Shown: piece by piece, positions 46,586-51,894 of the stretch
Layout: each line of letters opens with the position of its first letter
Position numbering within the stretch: position 1 is the stretch's first letter
From: an uncultured Acidobacteriota bacterium
GTDB lineage: Bacteria > Acidobacteriota > Thermoanaerobaculia > Multivoradales > JAHEKO01
Assembly: GCA_963713825.1 (NCBI GenBank)
Contig: CAVQNG010000002.1
Coordinates: forward strand, 1-51,894
Reading direction: 5' to 3'
Length of the DNA: 51,894 nt
Notes under the pieces: generated by a model
What the model saw: the letters and a program-made list of their open reading frames with translations, nothing else
What the model was told of the DNA's origin: nothing
Database searches by the model: none
Program-made: the position numbers and the translations under genes

Positions 46586-47121
46586 GGCTGCACCTCGGCT
46601 GGGGCAGGCCAGGAGCGGATCTCGAGGAGGCCTTCAAGACCGGCCTCTCGGCAGGAAGCGCAACGCCAACGACGCATGGGCCGTCGAGCGACACGAGAGG
46701 CCTGACAGACTGTGCAGCGGTGCTCGTAGCGGACGGTCTTCCGTTTGGGTGGACCGAGGCTGCTGCCCGCTTCGACTCGCAGCCTGGTCGCAGGGGGAAA
46801 GCCAGCTTTCTTAACGAGCTCCTGCCACTCCCTGCCGTGAGGTTTGGCGGTCGGTCCCCAAAGTCGAAACGCGGCAAGGTGCGCGGCCTCGTGGCAGAGC
46901 ACTTCGTCCAGAATCGCGGGTGGTTCGCCGCGCAAACGGGCAGCAATTCGAATCAGAGAACGCGTTGGATAGCAGCGCCCGAGCGACCGAGTCATGCGGG
47001 TACTGAACTCGACAGTCGCCTCCTCGCTCAGCTCGGTAACCCCCCAAAGTTCGAACAACTGGCTGAGGCGCTTCCGGAGCTCTGAAGAGCTCGTCGATGG
47101 ATCTCGGTCGGCCTTCATCAA
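46582..47121 (-). CDS. SprT-like zinc metalloprotease domain protein
   Basis: RMTRSLG, HEAAH, HGREWQ, CTVC..CASC; stop overlaps the helicase start (GTGA). Confidence 0.85.
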   Translation of the reverse strand: MMKADRDPSTSSSELRKRLSQLFELWGVTELSEEATVEFSTRMTRSLGRCYPTRSLIRIAARLRGEPPAILDEVLCHEAAHLAAFRLWGPTAKPHGREWQELVKKAGFPPATRLRVEAGSSLGPPKRKTVRYEHRCTVCQASRVARRPMRRWRCASCREAGLEGLLEIRSWPAPAEVQP

Positions 47122-47153
47122 GACGGATCCGATCCTAGCAGCAGCAACCGATC

Positions 47154-47179
47154 GGGCGGGGGCAAGCCCCGCCCCTACA
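47154..47179 (-). repeat. GTAG-type REP element family A, copy 3
   Basis: Reverse complement TGTAGGGGCGGGGCTTGCCCCCGCCC. Confidence 0.8.
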
Positions 47180-47217
47180 TCCCCCGCTCAGCCGGTCACT
47201 TCAAGGGTTTGAAATAA

Positions 47218-47254
47218 AACAGTTCTTGACACTGTTATAATTGGAGAGTAGATT
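47218..47254 (+). promoter_or_regulatory. Sigma70 promoter TTGACA-17-TAGATT with overlapping AACAGT-N7-ACTGTT operator
   Basis: -35 at 47226-47231, -10 at 47249-47254; ATG 9 nt after the -10 suggests a near-leaderless mRNA. Confidence 0.7.
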
Positions 47255-47263
47255 GAGAAAGTC

Positions 47264-47713
47264 ATGGTCAAGCCGAAGAAAGAGAAGCCGAAAGCAGACG
47301 AGCCGGTCTGGAGCCTTGCGGAGCTGGCTGAAGAGGTGGGGCTGCCCGCCAGGACAGTGCGGTTCTATATCGGCCGGGGGCTGATGCCGGGGCCGGAGAA
47401 GGCGGGCAGGGGGGCCAGTTACGGGCAAGAGCATCTGGAGCGGCTGCAGGAAATCCAGCGGCTGCAGACCAACGGGCTTACCCTGGCGGAGATCTCCATG
47501 CGAGGCGAGGAGGTGGAGTCGGCTTCTCTGCCCGAGCCGGAAGCGTGGTGGACCTACGGGATCGCCGACGGGGTGGAGGTGCGGGTGCGAGCCGATCAGG
47601 CACCCTGGCGCCTGCGACAGATCCGTCGCGCTCTGGCAGAGCTCGGCAACAAACTCGACAACACCCAGGACCAGCCGGCAGGTCGTAGCGGCAGAAAGGA
47701 AGGCAAGCAATGA
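47264..47713 (+). CDS. MerR-like HTH regulator
   Basis: SLAELAEEVGLPARTVRFYIGRGLMPGP....A.Y...HLERL..I..LQ..GLTLAEI. Confidence 0.88.
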   Translation: MVKPKKEKPKADEPVWSLAELAEEVGLPARTVRFYIGRGLMPGPEKAGRGASYGQEHLERLQEIQRLQTNGLTLAEISMRGEEVESASLPEPEAWWTYGIADGVEVRVRADQAPWRLRQIRRALAELGNKLDNTQDQPAGRSGRKEGKQ

Positions 47714-49959
47714 CCCTAGCAATGACAGAGTCCACGGGGACCTATACAGCCCTGTCGAGGGAGACGGGAGAAGAGCTGCAGCTCGCGATGCAGCGACTCT
47801 GGCTGACGGGTCAGGTCACGCCATTCGGTGCGCGACTGCTGGTGGAGCACACCTTCGAGAGCGCCGAGCGGCGGCCGGTCGAAGTCGTCTACGGCTTCAT
47901 GCTGCCGCAGGACGCGGCCCTGCGCTCGTTTCGAGTCACCGGCGAAGACTTCGAGGTCAGCAGTGATCTGCAGCCGGTCGACAAGGCCGTCAGCGCCTAT
48001 GAAGAGGGCATCGACATGGGGTCTCTGTCGGTGTTGGCCCGCCAATACGCCGACGGCATGATGAACCTGACCGTCGGGAACCTGAAGCCCGGAGAGACCG
48101 TGCGGGTGATCCTGGAGATCGTGGCGGGCGTCGAGCGCCACGACGACGGCTTCCGGTTCCGATTTCCCTTCACGCTGGCGCCGGCCTATCACCGGCAGGC
48201 CAGAGTCGTTTCGTTGCCGGGAGCGGGGGAGATGGAGCTGCCGCCGGAGGAGTTCGGCGACCTGATCCTACCGACCTGGAAGAAGGACTCGAGCAAGCTC
48301 CACGAGGTGGGCTTCGATGTGGAGGTGATCGGGGGGCAGGGCCTGACGACGGTGTCGTCGCCATCGCACGGAATCACGGCTTCGGGTGAGGGCTCGGAGA
48401 GGCGTGTCGGGATGGCTGTCGAGGCAGACGTGCCCAATCGCGATCTCGTCCTCGAGGCCAGGGCAGCCGATTCGTGGCAGGTGGCCTGGGCCTCGGAGGG
48501 AACGATCTCGGCGCTTCTGGGTTCATCGCGGTTCGGTGAACCCGACGAAGACAGACCGCGGCGTGTGGTCTTCGTGATCGACCGGTCGGGGTCCATGCAC
48601 GGCAAACCCTTCGAGCAGGCCAGGAAGGCTACCGAGGCAGGGATCGCGGCGCTGCGGCCGGACGACCATTTTTCGATCGTGGCCTTCGACAACGAAATCG
48701 AGGCCCTGTCGGAGAGGCTCCTCGAAGCCAACGACAGGAATCGGCAGGTCGCCAGGGACTTCCTGGCGGGCCTTCATACCTGCGGAGGGACCGAGCTGGC
48801 CATGGGTGTGAAGGCGGCCGCGAAGGCTCTGGGGAGGGATGGGGGCGATCTGCTCTTGCTGACCGATGGGCAGGTCTTCGGGACGGCGAAGATACTGAAG
48901 ACAGCGCGCAAGGCAAAAGCACGGATTCACGCGTTGGGTATCGGCAGCGCCAGTCAGGATCGCTTCCTCGCGCAACTCGGTCGTGAGACTGGTGGGCAAT
49001 CTCGGTTTCTCACGGCCCGCGAACGGGTGGATATGGCGTTGCTCGACCTCTTTGCGGGCATCAGCCCTGCAGTGGCGACCGACGTCGAGGTCAGGCTGGA
49101 TGGCAAGACCCTGACGACTGCCGATGTCCATGTCGGTCGCCCGTGGTTGGTGACAGGGGAGGGGAGCGGCCCCGAGCTGGAGATCGGCTGGGCAGAGGGT
49201 GGATTCGCTCTTCCTGTCGTGGAGGCACCGAAGAGGTTGGGTAAGACGCTTCGGTTGCTCGACGGGGCTGCGAAGATCACCGAAGTGGAGTCCCGCATCT
49301 CGGGCGATCCTGTCGGTGAGGAGGCGGGAGTGCTGGAGTCCCTGAGCCGCGAGTACGGCCTGGCCAGCAGGGTGATGGCACTGGTGGCTGTGGTGAAGCG
49401 GGAGGCCGACAAGCCGGGTGAGCTGCCGATGACCAAGGTCGTGCCAGTGGGAATGCCCCAGGACGTCGAGATGGATGCGTACTTCGATCAGGACGTTCTT
49501 TGCATGGCAAGTCCCTCTATCGCAGGCGCTGGGGACCTGAGGAGGGAGATGCTCAGCGCGCTCATCGAGCAGAGGATGCAGGGAGTCGATCCAGCTCCAC
49601 CTTCGACCGCAGCACGAGAGGACGTACCGTCCTACAGGAAGGTCCTCGGCCTGAGGATGCCACCGGACGAGGACTTCGATATTCCCACTGCGGCTTGGGA
49701 GGACGTCCTGATGGAAGACGCCTCCACCCTCGAGGCCGACGGTGGCATGCCAGGGGATTCCCTCGCAGATCGCATAGCAGCCTCGCTCGATCTACTGGAG
49801 CGGCTTATCGACCACGGCTCGACCCGGACCAAGGGCGCTTTCCGCCATCACGTGCGGCGGCTGCTCGACTTTCTGGGACAGGCCGATCTCGATGAGGCGC
49901 AGCGGGAGCGTCTCGAAGAGCTCGAGGCCCGCGTCGAACGGGTGTTCAACCTTCCTTGA
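47710..49959 (+). CDS. VIT + von Willebrand A domain protein
   Basis: VIT-like N-terminus (VEVVYGFMLP..A...YEEG..GNLKPGE); MIDAS DRSGS, GGTE, LTDG; ATGA overlap with the MerR gene. Confidence 0.9.
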   Translation: MTLAMTESTGTYTALSRETGEELQLAMQRLWLTGQVTPFGARLLVEHTFESAERRPVEVVYGFMLPQDAALRSFRVTGEDFEVSSDLQPVDKAVSAYEEGIDMGSLSVLARQYADGMMNLTVGNLKPGETVRVILEIVAGVERHDDGFRFRFPFTLAPAYHRQARVVSLPGAGEMELPPEEFGDLILPTWKKDSSKLHEVGFDVEVIGGQGLTTVSSPSHGITASGEGSERRVGMAVEADVPNRDLVLEARAADSWQVAWASEGTISALLGSSRFGEPDEDRPRRVVFVIDRSGSMHGKPFEQARKATEAGIAALRPDDHFSIVAFDNEIEALSERLLEANDRNRQVARDFLAGLHTCGGTELAMGVKAAAKALGRDGGDLLLLTDGQVFGTAKILKTARKAKARIHALGIGSASQDRFLAQLGRETGGQSRFLTARERVDMALLDLFAGISPAVATDVEVRLDGKTLTTADVHVGRPWLVTGEGSGPELEIGWAEGGFALPVVEAPKRLGKTLRLLDGAAKITEVESRISGDPVGEEAGVLESLSREYGLASRVMALVAVVKREADKPGELPMTKVVPVGMPQDVEMDAYFDQDVLCMASPSIAGAGDLRREMLSALIEQRMQGVDPAPPSTAAREDVPSYRKVLGLRMPPDEDFDIPTAAWEDVLMEDASTLEADGGMPGDSLADRIAASLDLLERLIDHGSTRTKGAFRHHVRRLLDFLGQADLDEAQRERLEELEARVERVFNLP

Positions 49960-50029
49960 GGTGACGACTCCATCGTCCGGCCGGCGGACACTTTGCCAGA
50001 TCTTCTGAAGGCAATCCGTCTCTTGGACT

Positions 50030-50272
50030 GTGAAGGGTCCAGGCATCGAGATCGTCGGCCCGGTAGAGCGAGCCGAGGTCATCTCTACCGGCACGAGAAT
50101 CCGCGAGCTACCTCGCTTGGTTGCAGCTCATGGTCCAGGTCGGTGGCGGAAGCTCAGAGGGATTGCGACTGTCAGGCTCCCGAACGGAGCGATCGTCGAT
50201 GCTGAGGTACACTGGTACGAAGCCCATGGGATTGGAATGAAAGAGCTCAAGATCAAGCGACTACTAGGTTGA
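50030..50272 (+). CDS. Small basic hypothetical protein (toxin-like partner of a TA-like pair)
   Basis: GRWRKLRG...AEVHWYEAHGIG motif; coupled to the next ORF. Confidence 0.7.
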   Translation: MKGPGIEIVGPVERAEVISTGTRIRELPRLVAAHGPGRWRKLRGIATVRLPNGAIVDAEVHWYEAHGIGMKELKIKRLLG

Positions 50273-50274
50273 AT

Positions 50275-50502
50275 ATGGCGAACGAGCCCACTCAAACGTT
50301 CGTGATCTGCGTTCGCAACGAAGGCTTCGAGACCTCGCTGGCTGTGCGCAAGCTCTACCGATTTCTTGCTGACGAGGAGGCGGAAGCTCAATCCCTGATC
50401 CGCGTCGTGGACGAGACCGGCGAAGACTACCTGTACCCGGCTGAGCTATTTGCTGCGGTGGACGTGCCAGCGGACACGGCGGCAGCGCTGTCGGCAGGGT
50501 GA
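50275..50502 (+). CDS. Small acidic hypothetical protein (antitoxin-like partner)
   Basis: FVICVRN...SL..RKLY...IRVVDETGEDYLYP..LF motif. Confidence 0.72.
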   Translation: MANEPTQTFVICVRNEGFETSLAVRKLYRFLADEEAEAQSLIRVVDETGEDYLYPAELFAAVDVPADTAAALSAG

Positions 50503-50620
50503 GAGTGGTGCACAGTTACCAGATCCTCCTAGCGTGGAGTCCCGAAGATCGAGTCTTCGTGGCACAGGTCCCCGATCTGCCGGGGTGCATTGCCCATGGT
50601 CGTAGGCTTGGCCGAGCCGC

Positions 50621-51040
50621 CTAGCGCTGAGAGCTCTGGTGGAGGACGACATCGCGGTCCGGGGATAGCGCTCGCAGTAGTTGATCGAGCTTCTCGATGG
50701 TCGGCGTCGAGTCTCCCCGCTCGTAGCGGGCGTAGGCGTTGCGGGACCTGGCGCCGAGACGTTCGGCGGCGTCCGCCAGGGAGAGCCCACTCTCCTGCCG
50801 CCGGCGCCGGAGAAGCAGGCTGATCATGGTCTTGAGGTCGTTCGAGGAGACCTCGAATTCGTTCTGCCCTGTGAGAACGGCGTCGATCTGGAACCCGGGT
50901 CGATTCACCATCGACACGAACCAATCCTCGATCATCTCCAGCGCCTCGCGGCGGCTGTGGCCTTGCGTCATGGCCTCGAACAGAGGCACTTCTGCCAGCC
51001 AATGAGACTTGTCCTTGTAGATCCTTCCAGAGAAACGCAT
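50621..51040 (-). CDS. hicB: HicB-type antitoxin with C-terminal XRE HTH
   Basis: WLAEVP....TQGHSRREALEMIED HicB fold; GLSLADAAERLG..SRNAYARYERG..PT HTH. Confidence 0.85.
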   Translation of the reverse strand: MRFSGRIYKDKSHWLAEVPLFEAMTQGHSRREALEMIEDWFVSMVNRPGFQIDAVLTGQNEFEVSSNDLKTMISLLLRRRRQESGLSLADAAERLGARSRNAYARYERGDSTPTIEKLDQLLRALSPDRDVVLHQSSQR

Positions 51041-51042
51041 TC

Positions 51043-51125
51043 TCAGAGTCTCCTTGCAGCTCGCTTCAGGATTGCTTTTGCCAGCCGAGCTCTCTCAGTG
51101 CCGTTTCGAGAACCCTCCGTCTCAT
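51043..51125 (-). pseudogene. hicA: Internally deleted HicA toxin
   Basis: MRRRVLETALRELGW fused out of frame to LAKAILKRAARRL*; the central G.H catalytic region is missing. Confidence 0.75.
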
Positions 51126-51130
51126 GAGAG

Positions 51131-51150
51131 TGTACACATATAAGTGTGCA
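51131..51150. promoter_or_regulatory. hicAB operator TGTACAC-N6-GTGTGCA
   Basis: Near-perfect inverted repeat immediately upstream of the hicA remnant. Confidence 0.65.
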
Positions 51151-51232
51151 TCTTCAAGTGAGCCCCGGCCTGCACCGACCTGGGTTCCAAGCGTCGTGTC
51201 CTAATATGGAAGTTGGCAGCTGGAAGGTGGGT

Positions 51233-51538
51233 CTAGGCGGCGACTGGCTTGATGCGCTGAATGTCCCGGGCTTTTGGGGAGTGCAGGGCCTGCCACAGGT
51301 CCCAGTTGCGCTGGCCGTTCAGCCAGAACTCTGGAGTGGTCCGGAACAGCTTCGCGAGTCGTAGCGCCGTATCGGGTGTCACACCACGCTTGCCGTTGAT
51401 GATCTCGTTGATCCTCGGGAAGGAGACACCGATGCGCTGGGCCAGCTCGGTCTGGCTCATGCCGAGAGGCTCGAGGAACTCCTCACGGAGCATTTCGCCG
51501 GGATGAGTCGGCGGCCGATTCTTGGGTAGGGTAGCCAT
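51233..51538 (-). CDS. higA: HigA family antitoxin
   Basis: PTHPGEMLREEFLEPLGMSQ..LA..INEIINGKRGVTPDTALRL..F.TTPEFWLNGQ. Confidence 0.95.
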   Translation of the reverse strand: MATLPKNRPPTHPGEMLREEFLEPLGMSQTELAQRIGVSFPRINEIINGKRGVTPDTALRLAKLFRTTPEFWLNGQRNWDLWQALHSPKARDIQRIKPVAA

Positions 51539-51541
51539 CTC

Positions 51542-51595
51542 TCAGGATCCATCAAATACGTCCCGTGTGCCCTGGTTGGCGAACGATCGAATCAT
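51542..51595 (-). pseudogene. higB: Truncated HigB toxin (17 codons)
   Basis: MIRSFANQGTRDVFDGS* is a HigB-type N-terminus directly upstream of higA. Confidence 0.75.
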
Positions 51596-51601
51596 TAGCG
51601 A

Positions 51602-51622
51602 GTATAACGGATAACGTTATAC
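51602..51622. promoter_or_regulatory. higBA operator GTATAACG-N5-CGTTATAC
   Basis: Perfect 8-bp inverted repeat just upstream of the higB remnant. Confidence 0.75.
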
Positions 51623-51782
51623 GTTACAAACGATCCCTTTCTATGAGCGACCTCGTCTTCTTTCGACGAGTAGGAGTAAGCTCCCTAATTGGAGACGGAT
51701 TCGAAGCGGAATTCCTTGCCAGGTTGAAGACGGTCGCCCAAGCCAGGGACGATCCCTCGAATCCAGCTGAGGTAGCTGCACC

Positions 51783-51894
51783 ATGAAAGCCATCGTTCAA
51801 GAGGAGTACGGTTCGGCGGAGGTCCTGAGGGTCGGGGAGATCGATAACCCGAAGGTCGGGGACGGCGAAGTGCTGATTCGGGTGCAGGCGGCCG
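51783..51894 (+). CDS. NAD(P)-dependent MDR-family oxidoreductase, partial (runs off the window)
   Basis: MKAIVQEEYGSAEVLRVGEIDNPKVGDGEVLIRVQAA. Confidence 0.85.
   Translation, partial: MKAIVQEEYGSAEVLRVGEIDNPKVGDGEVLIRVQAA

Noticed and set aside
51565-51786. 73-aa ORF ending at the oxidoreductase start
   Set aside because: Overlaps the higB remnant and operator and has no recognisable motif; at most a gene-tail relic.

Overview
Bacterial accessory region with no rRNA, tRNA, CRISPR array, integrase or intact transposase. Left part (1-20.3 kb): a TetR unit with two perfect operator copies, two ADP-ribosylglycohydrolase-family genes, a Fic gene bracketed by a 219-bp duplication, a Rap1a-like immunity gene, three TerB-like genes, an RDD-serine protease fusion, DUF2167, and several small secreted or membrane ORFs. 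It also holds two diverged copies of a probable four-hairpin structured RNA. Central part (20.9-47.1 kb): a ~26-kb all-minus-strand defence island, in transcription order SprT-like, HIT-PLD-helicase-DUF3427 (SauUSI-like), Nudix, WYL regulator, NucS-like nuclease, HhH protein, type I R-M (hsdRMS), SIR2, Mrr. It ends in a tightly coupled 7-gene operon: unknown/DUF6361-like, PLD nuclease, SNF2-like helicase with a chaperone-like tail, YbjN-like small protein, two membrane/coiled-coil proteins, and a GIY-YIG nuclease. This operon is the best candidate for an undescribed system. A recurring TGWCA-N5-TGWCA-N11-YANNNT box precedes several transcription units and suggests a WYL-activated regulon. Right part: MerR-like plus VIT-vWA genes, an uncharacterised TA-like pair, hicB and higA whose toxins were both deleted, and the start of an oxidoreductase gene. 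All family calls are by-eye motif recognition; no database search was run.
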